This document shows positions 11,252-21,827 of a DNA stretch of 64,000 nt, piece after piece (the stretch's first letter is position 1; each line of letters starts with the position of its first letter). Under the pieces are notes generated by a model. The model did not search any database. It was not told the origin of the DNA and saw only the letters and a list, made by a program, of their open reading frames with translations. Position numbers and translations under genes: made by a program. Where the stretch lies: assembly GCA_000165345.1 (NCBI GenBank), contig CM000435.1, positions 768,001 to 832,000 of the forward strand, in the 5' to 3' direction.

Positions 11252-11379
11252 TTGTACAATAACTAGGACCTTAGTGGGCTACTGTGTTGAATCGTGGACG
11301 CCTAAGCCTCCTTTATTCCAGACCTAGCGATGCTCGCATTCCAGATATAATGAATTAAATATAACCTATAAATTTTGAA

Positions 11380-13293
11380 CTAATCGAGTGCAGGGGGCGC
11401 TCTAACAACTATTCTCTTCTGTTGTGCTACTCCTACACAGTTTCCCACTACTCTTCCTCCGTTTCTCATATTGATGCTATTACAATTCACATTATTTCCT
11501 GGTACCAGGTCGCCATTAATGTTTCTCTTCACATTCATACCGTATTCCTTAATATCTTCAGAATTTATCCCATTTAGAATCATTAGAACCTCGTAAGAAG
11601 ATGGTCTTTTGAATGGCTTTCTTTCGAAACACTTGGAGAGTAAATTAGATATAGAGGGGTGGAACCATGACGGAATTTTTGGTTTCTTCTTCTCAACTAT
11701 AATTGCATTAATTACTTCCTCATTTGAAGAGTATTCATAAAAAGGTATGGGGCCGCCAAAAATTTCCAATAAGCAACAAGCAATAGCCCAAATATCCGAC
11801 TTTTCATCTATAGACCTTCCAATGTAAAAACACTCAGGTGCCATATACCTAGGCGATCCACCATTTTCATCCAGAACAACACCAGGTGGGCTAGTCTTAG
11901 TTGCAATATTCATCGTTCTAGTTTGCCCAAAATCACACAATTTAACATTATTCGAACGATCTAGAATAATATTCGCTGTCTTTATATCTCTATGAACCAT
12001 ATTGTTGTGATGAATAAAGTTAACTGCATCGCAAAGCTGCCTTGAAATTTTTAACCTATCCGAGGCAGATACTACAACTTTATTTTCATATAATAATTCA
12101 AAAAGATTTCCATTTGTGAGATACTCTGTGATTATTGCGTAGAATCCAGGTTCTAAGCAAACTCCGATATAAGAACAAATATTCGGATGGCGTAGTAGTC
12201 TGTATGCGTAAACTTCCCTCTCGAGTGATTTAAAATGTTCTTCCGATATCCTGCTTTCATTATCAAATTTCCACCGTTTCACTGCAACTTCTTTATTGGA
12301 CCAGATTCCAGATCTAATTCTACCTTTAAAAACAACTCCAAACGATCCTCTCTGAGTAGCAGGCTCTAACATTAAATCGTCCATCTTTATATATTCATTT
12401 GGCTTTAACCTTTGTAAAACACCATTACTTGCATCTGGAACTCTTTTTATCAAATCTTTTTTTACTTCAATTATTTCATTGTTTGAAGTAAGTTGAGAAA
12501 AAGTTTCTGATGGATATTCTGAATTAACATCAGTATACTTTGTTTCCGATTGTTCAATTTTAGTCGAAAAAGAGTCATACTGAGAACCCTTTGGAGTATT
12601 ATCCATTCTAACCGCTTTGCTAACAGAATTTCCATTGTTTAATTGTAAGTTAGAGGCACTCACAGAAAATAAAGATCTTTCACTTTTCGAAGCTTTTTTG
12701 TTTTTGTCACAGCTTGGCAACATAGTTGTACTTACTTTATCAGTAGAGTTTTTGTTAGTTTTATTATCTGATAAAATCAAATTAGACTGCTTAGAAAAGA
12801 AATACGTTTCTCTTGAGCTAGGAGTACCTGGAACCGCATGTAAATTGTATGGGGATGATTGTGAACCTTGTATATTGCAGTGCTGAAATACATTAAATTT
12901 TTTAAATGAGACTGGAGGCGCATTCAACCCATCACGCCTTGAAGTTAAGGATGGCATAATAATTTGTGTCGAATACTTCTGAATTAAAATGTTACTAGGT
13001 TCTCTTTTGAATTTTAAATTATCCAATCTAGAAAATGGCGATAGAGAAGCACAGCGTAAATTATTTGATGTTTGTGGCGGTGTAAATTGTTTATGTAAAA
13101 TAAATTGGCGCTGGTTCAAATTAACAATATCCAAATTATTAATGCACGGAGATAAAGACTGAAAATTATTGTTTTCTGCATGAGAATGAAAATTATAAAT
13201 ATTATTTCGAACGCCATTAATTGTGTAGTTGTTCATAAACTTATTCTGCGGCATGATTGCTGTAGGCACTACTTTATTTGCACCATAATGCAT
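11380..13293 (-). CDS. serine/threonine protein kinase with C-terminal kinase domain and low-complexity N-terminal half
   Basis: Kinase subdomains are present: GxGxxG (GSFGVVFKG), VAVK, HRDIKTANIILD, DFG (CDFGQTR) and APE (SPRYMAPE). Confidence 0.8.
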   Translation of the reverse strand: MHYGANKVVPTAIMPQNKFMNNYTINGVRNNIYNFHSHAENNNFQSLSPCINNLDIVNLNQRQFILHKQFTPPQTSNNLRCASLSPFSRLDNLKFKREPSNILIQKYSTQIIMPSLTSRRDGLNAPPVSFKKFNVFQHCNIQGSQSSPYNLHAVPGTPSSRETYFFSKQSNLILSDNKTNKNSTDKVSTTMLPSCDKNKKASKSERSLFSVSASNLQLNNGNSVSKAVRMDNTPKGSQYDSFSTKIEQSETKYTDVNSEYPSETFSQLTSNNEIIEVKKDLIKRVPDASNGVLQRLKPNEYIKMDDLMLEPATQRGSFGVVFKGRIRSGIWSNKEVAVKRWKFDNESRISEEHFKSLEREVYAYRLLRHPNICSYIGVCLEPGFYAIITEYLTNGNLFELLYENKVVVSASDRLKISRQLCDAVNFIHHNNMVHRDIKTANIILDRSNNVKLCDFGQTRTMNIATKTSPPGVVLDENGGSPRYMAPECFYIGRSIDEKSDIWAIACCLLEIFGGPIPFYEYSSNEEVINAIIVEKKKPKIPSWFHPSISNLLSKCFERKPFKRPSSYEVLMILNGINSEDIKEYGMNVKRNINGDLVPGNNVNCNSINMRNGGRVVGNCVGVAQQKRIVVRAPPALD

Positions 13294-13999
13294 AATAAAT
13301 AATTATATCATGCTAATATTAAAACAATTTACTTTCTAATTGATCTTCACTTTTTAACCCAAGGAAAAATAATATGCAGTCTTAGCATATTTTTGTAAAT
13401 TATCCCCAATGATAATTTCCACGTAAATACACAACGTTATGTCTTATCTTGTGGGTTTTCGCATAACAATTGACATTAATAGTTTGGTAATATGATATCT
13501 TCTATCGGATAAAAATTCAAAAAATTTTGCAATGAACAGTCATTTTTATTTGTCTTTAATATGCTTAAGTCAGCTGGTCAGTTTAGGGTTGATTTTTTAG
13601 GATTATGTATGTTGAGTGATTTCTCTGTTCGAATTTCTCATTTTTCCAAGGGTAAGTTTTATTTTGATTTTTTTTTGAGTTTTTGCACTCAGTTTAGAAT
13701 GTCCTTCAACTATTAGGATAAAATTTAGTTCATATATTGATAGAATCGTGAATTCTGCTTTGAGTAAGGTAAATGATACCTATAAAAAATTGAAGTGGCA
13801 AACTAAATATACGGTATGTGGACATAATTCTTATCCCATAGGAGAATCAACTGGCCCATAGATATTTCTGAAGAAAGAATATAATTCCGAGCTACTAATT
13901 ATTCTTCTCGTTGATCAACTTGATTCAAATTTTGAAGTAGATAGAATTTTTAAAGAGTTGAGATTATCACTGAAAAGTATCATTCTTTCTAGGAATCAA

Positions 14000-14398
14000 A
14001 TGAACAATCGCAATTTTAGAGGATTAAATTTCAAAATTGAAAATATTCAACATGATTCAAATTTGATTCTGCAATTAACTGAACTTATTTGCAATGAACC
14101 TCTTGATGTAAAAATGTATATAGAGACTTTAGTGGAAAGAATTAACCTCAAAAATATTGACTTCGCAAACTTAATGTTGGAAAAAATCAAAACAACATTG
14201 AATGACGCTCTAAATACAATTCTAATTAACTGCGAAGATCTTAAAACTTTAGAAGCGAATTCAGTAATTTTAAAAGAAGGCAGCCGCAAATTGTTTAAAG
14301 GCATACTAAGGGATAATTGTTATATTGAGAAAGACATGAGAAATTTACTATTTGCTTCCATAGCAATAGTAGCAATTATAATATTATTAAATAAATAA
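14000..14398 (+). CDS. small tail-anchored coiled-coil protein, possibly a SNARE-like protein
   Basis: The track ORF begins at TTG (13958); the first ATG is at 14000, giving 132 aa. Predicted coiled coil followed by one C-terminal transmembrane segment (LLFASIAIVAIIILLNK). Confidence 0.4.
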   Translation: MNNRNFRGLNFKIENIQHDSNLILQLTELICNEPLDVKMYIETLVERINLKNIDFANLMLEKIKTTLNDALNTILINCEDLKTLEANSVILKEGSRKLFKGILRDNCYIEKDMRNLLFASIAIVAIIILLNK

Positions 14399-14486
14399 AA
14401 ATTAACAAGTAATTCTCTTTCTTTAAATATAAAATGATTGGGAATTACTATATGTCGATAAGGAAGAAAACTCGAGTTCTTAAGTA

Positions 14487-16394
14487 CTATGTATGTATGC
14501 TTTCTTTTGATGCGCGTAGTTTCCTATATGCAATGATACAAGCAAAAAAATTGACAATCACACCCAATCCTGAGAAGCCATAAACTATAGTCATCCCTGT
14601 TCTATTAATACCTGATAATTGTAGCACTGCACCTGGCAAAAGGCTTCCAAGGGCAAATCCAAATACGTGGTAAGTTACCATTGCAACTGTTGTTGCAAAT
14701 TGCCGTGCTTGTGGTTCAACAACTCCAACGCTAATACCAGTAATAGGTGGAACAAGAAATGATCCAAAAAACAATAATCCCCAAACGCCAACAATTGTGA
14801 CTGTAAAATTATCGACTATAAGTGCTAGTGCACCAAATAAAGTTGCAAATATTGCAGATACCATACAAAATAGCATAGTGTAAAATAAACCGCGCTCACT
14901 CTTATACCCGCCTATAAAGTCGATTATAAAGCCGGAAAATACTATTCCTGTAGTAGGGGCAATCACAGCAGTTGCAGAGAATGACATGAAAATAATTCCA
15001 TCTCTAGTAGTATATATTTGCTGTAAATATCTAGTCGTCCAGAATTGTACGGCTGTAACCACGTAGTAAATAACAGACAGAGTGGTAATTGAAAGCATAT
15101 AAATTGAATTTGCCAATAGGCACTTCCATTTGCTGTATGCAATTAATCTTTTTAAAACACTTGATTTTGAATTTTCCGATTCTAATTTTTCTTCGTTTGT
15201 TGCATTAGCTGAAGGTTCTTGATTTAGATTAATAATACTAGAATTTAGGGGTTGTGAACTCTGAGACGTTCCATTTGTAAATTCGGAAAGTGATAGCGAC
15301 CTCGAAATGGAAATATAGTGAGTTGTGAGTGTTGGCTGAAAATCAGTCGACTTTTCAACCGTAACAGTATTTTTTGTGTCGTTTAAATCACTCAGAGCGC
15401 TCTTTTCAATCCGAGACTTAGTAATTTCGGCAGAAAAATCGCCTGATATTTTCTGAACTCGAGTATCAAATGAAAAAGTATTATTAGAATTTGAAATGTT
15501 TTCTTGTGACTTATTTAGGGTAATAAGTTTAGTTGAAACAGCAATCGAGTTATAAGGGCTTTCGACGAGCTCCGTTGAACATGAAGAAGGAATTGAACAT
15601 TGAATTGCTGCGCTATCTTTAATTTGCCTATCCAAACTAATTGCATCATCAGAGTTCATTTTGCCACCTCCCATTTCTATTTCCGAATTTCTGCCTTCGT
15701 GATTAAAATACTTTACGTTAAAGTATTCACTTTTTGTGAATACAAGACAAATTGACATAATTAAAAGTAATAAACAGGGAGCAAGAAGAGAATATCTCCA
15801 TCCATTATGGTAATTTAAAGAGAATCCAGTAATAAGATACCCTGTAGCAACTCCAATAATCATTGTTACTTGTGACGCCCCCATCCATGCTGTAAGTTTA
15901 TTTGGAGGCGTAAATTCGTCGACCCATACAGGGATATAAATACTTAAAGGTGCCTGCATAGATCCCATGATTATCCTCGAAATATACAATAATGTACTTG
16001 TCGTAGAAGATATTAATAAAGCGAGCCCAAAAGATAGGAAAAATAGGGAAGTGACTATTATCCATTTCTGGCTATATTTTTGAAGGGGGTGATTCATAAT
16101 AAATGCAGTTGCCATCGCAGATACATACGGTACTGCACCCAAAACTCCTAATTTCATTTCGTCTAGTCCAAACTCATCAGAAATTAATCCAAGGAGAACT
16201 GGCAACGCACCAGTGTCGTAGTTCCTAAGTACTTGCGCTATAAGCATCCACGCAAAAACAAATCTAACAGCACGAGGATGTTTCATATATCTTTCATGTC
16301 TATAACAGCCATTTGCAACACTAGTTTCTTTGTAAAGATCAAATTTTTTACTGTCCAACTCATATATTGAATCATCATTGGCAGAAGGCTTCAT
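14487..16394 (-). CDS. major facilitator superfamily transporter with a long low-complexity central loop
   Basis: The track start is GTG (16424); the first ATG is at 16394. About 12 hydrophobic helices in a 6+6 arrangement around an approximately 200-aa S/N-rich loop; MFS-like motifs are present. Confidence 0.6.
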   Translation of the reverse strand: MKPSANDDSIYELDSKKFDLYKETSVANGCYRHERYMKHPRAVRFVFAWMLIAQVLRNYDTGALPVLLGLISDEFGLDEMKLGVLGAVPYVSAMATAFIMNHPLQKYSQKWIIVTSLFFLSFGLALLISSTTSTLLYISRIIMGSMQAPLSIYIPVWVDEFTPPNKLTAWMGASQVTMIIGVATGYLITGFSLNYHNGWRYSLLAPCLLLLIMSICLVFTKSEYFNVKYFNHEGRNSEIEMGGGKMNSDDAISLDRQIKDSAAIQCSIPSSCSTELVESPYNSIAVSTKLITLNKSQENISNSNNTFSFDTRVQKISGDFSAEITKSRIEKSALSDLNDTKNTVTVEKSTDFQPTLTTHYISISRSLSLSEFTNGTSQSSQPLNSSIINLNQEPSANATNEEKLESENSKSSVLKRLIAYSKWKCLLANSIYMLSITTLSVIYYVVTAVQFWTTRYLQQIYTTRDGIIFMSFSATAVIAPTTGIVFSGFIIDFIGGYKSERGLFYTMLFCMVSAIFATLFGALALIVDNFTVTIVGVWGLLFFGSFLVPPITGISVGVVEPQARQFATTVAMVTYHVFGFALGSLLPGAVLQLSGINRTGMTIVYGFSGLGVIVNFFACIIAYRKLRASKESIHT

Positions 16395-16522
16395 TGGTTT
16401 TGTCTCTTGCCATCTTACAAGCACTCGTACTAATACAGTTATTTATTGCATCTAGACAAAAATATTCCCGCTGAAATTGGGATTTTTGACCAGAGCAAAT
16501 AATTTGCCCGCAACATGAAAAA

Positions 16523-17395
16523 CTAAAATTTATAAATCGATGCTTTAAGCCTAGTTTCTGAGTTTATTGAAATTATACTCACAATGAAATTATTATTTGA
16601 TCTAGTTATATTATTTCCTATTAAAAAGGTGTCATGAGGTTGTTTTGAAGCGAAAAATAGATCATTTTTTTCTCCATCTTTTGGTTTGCTTTCTAAATTG
16701 GTTATTAAATAACTCTCCAAATTTGAATTAATAGAGCTCAATACTATTGTTTGTTTGATAGCAGTGCCATACTGTACATGTTCTGCCTCATCAATGCATT
16801 TTAAAAATTTTGTGTCCGAGTGAATGTTATCTTGGACTATAACTTTATTTTCATTTGAACTAGTTTTAAATTTGTATCCAGATCTTTTCATTCTGGAATA
16901 AGAAATATAGTTATTAAGCTTAAATTGTTCTTCATTTCTTATAAAAGCGTCAAATAGATAGAGAATAGGGGTCTGAACCCATTCTAGTCTTGATCGACTC
17001 CATGAAAAAAGAAGTAGGCTTCCACGTTCTACAAGAAACAGCAATTCATCAAAAAACACAATCTGCCCATAGCCCAGTGGAAATTTGTTTAGTTCATTAA
17101 CCATTGGGCTTGAGATTAATAATTTAATAAACTTGTCTAAGAATATTCGACTATTGCTTAAAGTATTTATCAGTTTTCCTGACGATAGTATTGTTAAACA
17201 AAATGGATATTTATTTAATCCGTTTGAATCACTCATCTCGAGCAGAATTCCAATAGATTTGGATCTTGATTTTGCATATTTCCAAGTTTCAAAATTAAGT
17301 ATGAATCCCGAACTATTTTTATAAATTACATATAATGGATCTCCCCAATGGGTATCTATTTGAAGAGCAAATTTGTTCTTCTCCTGATTTGACAT
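16523..17395 (-). CDS. hypothetical protein
   Basis: 290-aa ORF with a true ATG; no recognisable motif. Confidence 0.4.
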   Translation of the reverse strand: MSNQEKNKFALQIDTHWGDPLYVIYKNSSGFILNFETWKYAKSRSKSIGILLEMSDSNGLNKYPFCLTILSSGKLINTLSNSRIFLDKFIKLLISSPMVNELNKFPLGYGQIVFFDELLFLVERGSLLLFSWSRSRLEWVQTPILYLFDAFIRNEEQFKLNNYISYSRMKRSGYKFKTSSNENKVIVQDNIHSDTKFLKCIDEAEHVQYGTAIKQTIVLSSINSNLESYLITNLESKPKDGEKNDLFFASKQPHDTFLIGNNITRSNNNFIVSIISINSETRLKASIYKF

Positions 17396-17447
17396 TATAT
17401 TTGTTTATTAGGAGTCCAAGCATCTTTTTAAATAATAAACATTTTCG

Positions 17448-17455
17448 TTTGGCGC
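17448..17455. promoter_or_regulatory. TTTGGCGC E2F-consensus site in the divergent promoter region between genes ending at 17395 (-) and starting at 17835 (+)
   Basis: An exact TTTSGCGC match. GC-containing octamers are rare in this intergenic DNA. Confidence 0.3.
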
Positions 17456-17834
17456 ATTGCGTTAAATAATTTGATCGGTGAATTCTAATTAGTTTTTGGT
17501 GTTCATGACAAATTTTTAGAATGAAATAAAATGGTTGTATGGCTTACAAAAACATTCAAATTTTGGTGTGTACAAATGACGAAAGTTAATATAAAGATCT
17601 TAATGAGAAGCAAAATCAGGTCTTTATATGTTGATCTAATTTTTTTTTTGAAAATTAGTAACCTTGCTCTTACAAAATATTATTTATTATTAAAAATTTT
17701 CTGAAACTTCATATTTTCTCCTTTACACTTAAATATATTTAACTCGTATATTATAATTACTTTTTGAGAAACAGAAATTGTATTACCCCTCTCCCCTCAT
17801 TGGTTCTGAGATTTCTTCAAAATAAAACAACCGA

Positions 17835-20800
17835 ATGTCAGTTAATATTTACGCTTCTGTAATTGACAACTCGTTGATTAAGGTGCTATTTGTTAAGACA
17901 AAAGCTGCTGATTCAGCTCTGTTTGATGATGTAATAAAGCAAATTCAAAATTCGATAATACATTATTCGTTGAATATTGATCAACTTAAAACAAGCCTGA
18001 AATGCGATTATATAAACCAAAATAGGTCGTTATTAGAAACTAAGCCTTTTAAGATAAACACTGTTTATAGAACAATATGTTCAAATAGCAATAAAACAAA
18101 TATTCCAAGATCGTTAATTTGTATTGACCATGTTGTTATTTTTGTTACTTTAAAAAAAAAAAAATGTTTCAATAACAAAATATTCGACAATGAGACGAAT
18201 ATCCCTGACCATCCATTTATTTATAGAGTTGATATCGACATCATTGATAGTATTAACAAAGAGATAGAGTTAAACTGCGAAGATAAAAATGGTATTCAAT
18301 TTAATTCAATCAACGAGCTTGCAGAAAATGTTATTTTAAATATTTTTTGCAAATTCAATTCAATTGTTAATAAATACATAGATAAAGGATATGACAAAAT
18401 TACAAAAATTGAGTTATTAGAGGACAAAACCTTAGAAATTATTAGATATAGAATGAGAATTGCAGGAATATATTTGGCTTTGGGATCCCCCATATCATCT
18501 GCAATGTACTATAATTCAATATTGGAGCTAATAGAAGACCATGATTTAGATCTTGCTTATTACTTAGCGCATTGCTTTGAAGGCCAGGCTACCATGTTAT
18601 ATTATTTCTATTCTAATTCAGAAAACTCATTGGAATGGTGGGAAGTTGTATCTAATTCATTAAGCTCGTTTATTCAAGACTTGCCTATCCCGATACAAGT
18701 CAGTCTACAATCAAATAATTACAATTCTACAAATTACAACGACTCGATTTATATTATACAGTCGAGAAAACAAATTTTTTTTGATTCAATACTTAAAAAG
18801 CTTAATCTTTCTCTAAATTTGCTTTGGAAAATAAATCATTTTACGAATGGATTTATAATATCTGACAATAATACAAAATTAAATTACAATAGTGATTTTT
18901 CCGTTTCAATTTATGAATTGATAATTAAAAAGTCACGATTTTTGATAGAGAATTTTGTAAGCCATTTCTACCTAGACAGGAAAATAATAATAGACTTTTT
19001 GGATCCATTTGTTAACTTAAATATCCCACCGGACTATTCAAGGAATGACTTATATAACTATGCTATGTTTTTGATAGGATGCGCAGAAATTTATTTCAAT
19101 ATTAATAGTAAAAGAAGGGTAGGAATCATCCTAATTAAGCTATCACAACTATTCAATCAAAACAAAATATATAACCATAGCTACTATATTTCATGTGCAG
19201 CCTATCAGTGGTATTCAAGTATTTACACTGGAACTAACAATTTTGATCTTTTGAAAATTATTCAAAATTTAGCTGCTCACATTCTAAAAGAAGAAGATAA
19301 TTATTCAACACATATTCAATGTGCACTTTGTAATGTCTCTAATAATTCAAACATTTTATTGGGAAGTAATTATAGACTTGATCAAATAACTGAAAAAAAA
19401 TTAGGTATAATGTTTGAAAAACATTATGTTCCTGGAAAACTTTATCTTGACAACAATTATTTACAATATCTTTCTATTTACAAACACGATCTATCTTTGA
19501 GTTATTCAGCGCTTATATCTAATGGAGGTACGAGCTTATATCAAGACTTAGAGTGTTCAAATGCCCATTATGAATTGCTTGCATCTTTAAAACCTTTTGT
19601 TAACAGTTTTGTTTCTTATGGCGTGCATTCAATGCTTCAGGCATATCGAAAATTTTATCTAAACACGATTGATTTGCAAAAGTTAAAAGCATACCCATCT
19701 AGATATGAAATGTTAGCGTTGATAACAATGATTGAGTCAAGTATTTTATTTGGATGTGCGTCAAGATCTGCAACAGTTTTATTACTAATACTTGATAAAA
19801 TTATATATTTTCCTCCTATATATAACTATGATACACTAAAAATAATTCAATCTAAATGCATAGACTCATTGTCAATCATAAGCAATACTATTCAACTTCC
19901 AATAATAAGGGCACCATATTACTCAGTTACGAACGGTAAAAATCGTTGTTACACTTCAATTGAATCATTGGACCATTTGTTCAATACTTTGCTTCATACA
20001 ACGCAATTAATACTTATCTTCGATGTTACATTCGAGCAAATTCCATTAAATACCGAATGCTACAAGTGTAACAATGAAATTAGTTTATCTTCTATATTCA
20101 GTGCAAAAGTAAATGATTATTGTTCTAATTGCGAAAGCAAAATGCTAAAAACAGATAGTTCCCCCATGATTTTTTGTAAAACTTCAAATATTAGTTATTT
20201 TTCGGATCCAAAGTTTATTATTCAACCAGAATTTAAATGGGTTCCTCTCAAAGTTAACAATGCAAAGATCCCAGTGTTAAATAGCTTGAAAGCTAACCAA
20301 TCAAACTTATTTTTATACAATCCATTTGAAAAGAAAGTCAATGATTTAAGGGAAATATGCAATCATGGTAAATCTCAAGTTGAAACTCAAACTAATATAA
20401 TTTGGCAAGCTGAGAAACAGTATACAATTTATGTATCATTATTTAATCCTTTCCTAATTCCTATTATTCTTGACTGCTTTAGTGTAATTATTAAAGGTGA
20501 AGTGAAATGTGAGATTTCACCGGTTTCTGTAGTAATTCCACCAACTCCTAGATTCTCAACACCGGGCGAAGTGAAAGTAGCAATTGCAGTGATTCCAAAA
20601 AATTCAGGAAACTTATCTATTATTGGCGTTACCTATAAGTTCTCAGGAATAAATTACGTAAATTTTGGCTCAAAATTATCATTTTTTAATAACAAGAACA
20701 ATTTAAAACAATATTTAAATATTTTTGTAGTACCTAATATTTCATATGATGATATAATTTTTTGGGAAAAAAATGATATGCAAAAACAAAATTTGTGTAT

Positions 20801-21827
20801 AAATAACAATGGAAAAGTAGTTATTAAATCAAAAAAAAAACTAAATTACGAAGCTGAGAAAAAAATCAAATTATTAACTTCAGAAGTCTTCATAGATCAA
20901 ACTGAAGGTACAAATGAAATTTTCTCATTTGAAAATATGATTACGAAAGATAATGAATTAATTGTCACTATTGAATGCTCAAATATATATAAGATGAACA
21001 GATATAAGCTTCTAGTAACTCATTGGCTGGAAATTAACGGAAAGGTAATTATTTCTTCCAAATTATTTGATTTATTTTCAAATATTCCTCCGCTTCCCAA
21101 GATAACTAATATTTCATGGATACCAAAATTAGACTTCCAACAGGCTTGCTTTAAGTCAAACAACAATAAATGGAAGGTTAGCAACATTTGGGTTATTTTC
21201 ACATTAGAAAATAACTCTAGAGTATACCCAATTGAGTTTTCATTTAGCTCAAATTTATTAGAAGGGAAAAAAGCATTGCTTTTACCAGATAAAAGGAATT
21301 ATAGGTGGGTTGTTGAGACAAAAATTAAAAATTTAATTGAATTACAAAGTAATCCGTTGTTATTAAATTGGAAGGCATTTTTTCCAAATATTATATTTGA
21401 TAAAAATAAATCAGAGTTTATAATTGCTGGAAATCTAACTGCAAATATATTAATACCTGAATTTCTATCTAGATATGAATTTTATGTAGAAATAAAGTGT
21501 AATGGAACGAAAATTGAAAACAGGCAAGCAATTCCAGTTAATTCAATGGCCAATATTGAAATTTATGCAATATCTGAAAGAAAATCCACAAGTTTGACAA
21601 GCATCAGGATTATCCCGTTTGGAGATACAATGAAATCAAAACAAATATACTTAGACTATTACGAAAGTGATATTAATGTTTCAGAAGTGCCTATTCTCTA
21701 TTTTTCTATTATTGGTCTTGAGAAAAAAACATATGAATGGATTGTAGGAGTGGAAGAGTTGGAAACATCAACTCAGGAAAGAGTATTTCATTGGAAAAAC
21801 GATCTACTCTCAATTTCATTTACTTGA
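17835..21827 (+). CDS. large hypothetical protein (1330 aa)
   Basis: Long uninterrupted ORF with a true ATG. N/I/K-rich with no domain I can name. Its 3' end overlaps the convergent PPAT-like gene by 12 nt. Confidence 0.55.
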   Translation: MSVNIYASVIDNSLIKVLFVKTKAADSALFDDVIKQIQNSIIHYSLNIDQLKTSLKCDYINQNRSLLETKPFKINTVYRTICSNSNKTNIPRSLICIDHVVIFVTLKKKKCFNNKIFDNETNIPDHPFIYRVDIDIIDSINKEIELNCEDKNGIQFNSINELAENVILNIFCKFNSIVNKYIDKGYDKITKIELLEDKTLEIIRYRMRIAGIYLALGSPISSAMYYNSILELIEDHDLDLAYYLAHCFEGQATMLYYFYSNSENSLEWWEVVSNSLSSFIQDLPIPIQVSLQSNNYNSTNYNDSIYIIQSRKQIFFDSILKKLNLSLNLLWKINHFTNGFIISDNNTKLNYNSDFSVSIYELIIKKSRFLIENFVSHFYLDRKIIIDFLDPFVNLNIPPDYSRNDLYNYAMFLIGCAEIYFNINSKRRVGIILIKLSQLFNQNKIYNHSYYISCAAYQWYSSIYTGTNNFDLLKIIQNLAAHILKEEDNYSTHIQCALCNVSNNSNILLGSNYRLDQITEKKLGIMFEKHYVPGKLYLDNNYLQYLSIYKHDLSLSYSALISNGGTSLYQDLECSNAHYELLASLKPFVNSFVSYGVHSMLQAYRKFYLNTIDLQKLKAYPSRYEMLALITMIESSILFGCASRSATVLLLILDKIIYFPPIYNYDTLKIIQSKCIDSLSIISNTIQLPIIRAPYYSVTNGKNRCYTSIESLDHLFNTLLHTTQLILIFDVTFEQIPLNTECYKCNNEISLSSIFSAKVNDYCSNCESKMLKTDSSPMIFCKTSNISYFSDPKFIIQPEFKWVPLKVNNAKIPVLNSLKANQSNLFLYNPFEKKVNDLREICNHGKSQVETQTNIIWQAEKQYTIYVSLFNPFLIPIILDCFSVIIKGEVKCEISPVSVVIPPTPRFSTPGEVKVAIAVIPKNSGNLSIIGVTYKFSGINYVNFGSKLSFFNNKNNLKQYLNIFVVPNISYDDIIFWEKNDMQKQNLCINNNGKVVIKSKKKLNYEAEKKIKLLTSEVFIDQTEGTNEIFSFENMITKDNELIVTIECSNIYKMNRYKLLVTHWLEINGKVIISSKLFDLFSNIPPLPKITNISWIPKLDFQQACFKSNNNKWKVSNIWVIFTLENNSRVYPIEFSFSSNLLEGKKALLLPDKRNYRWVVETKIKNLIELQSNPLLLNWKAFFPNIIFDKNKSEFIIAGNLTANILIPEFLSRYEFYVEIKCNGTKIENRQAIPVNSMANIEIYAISERKSTSLTSIRIIPFGDTMKSKQIYLDYYESDINVSEVPILYFSIIGLEKKTYEWIVGVEELETSTQERVFHWKNDLLSISFT

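Noticed and set aside
13814-13841. GTATGT…CCCATAG candidate intron upstream of the tail-anchored protein gene
   Set aside because: All three frames downstream hit stop codons before reaching the 14000 ATG, so it cannot add coding sequence. At most it is a 5'-UTR feature, which I cannot support from sequence alone.}},{
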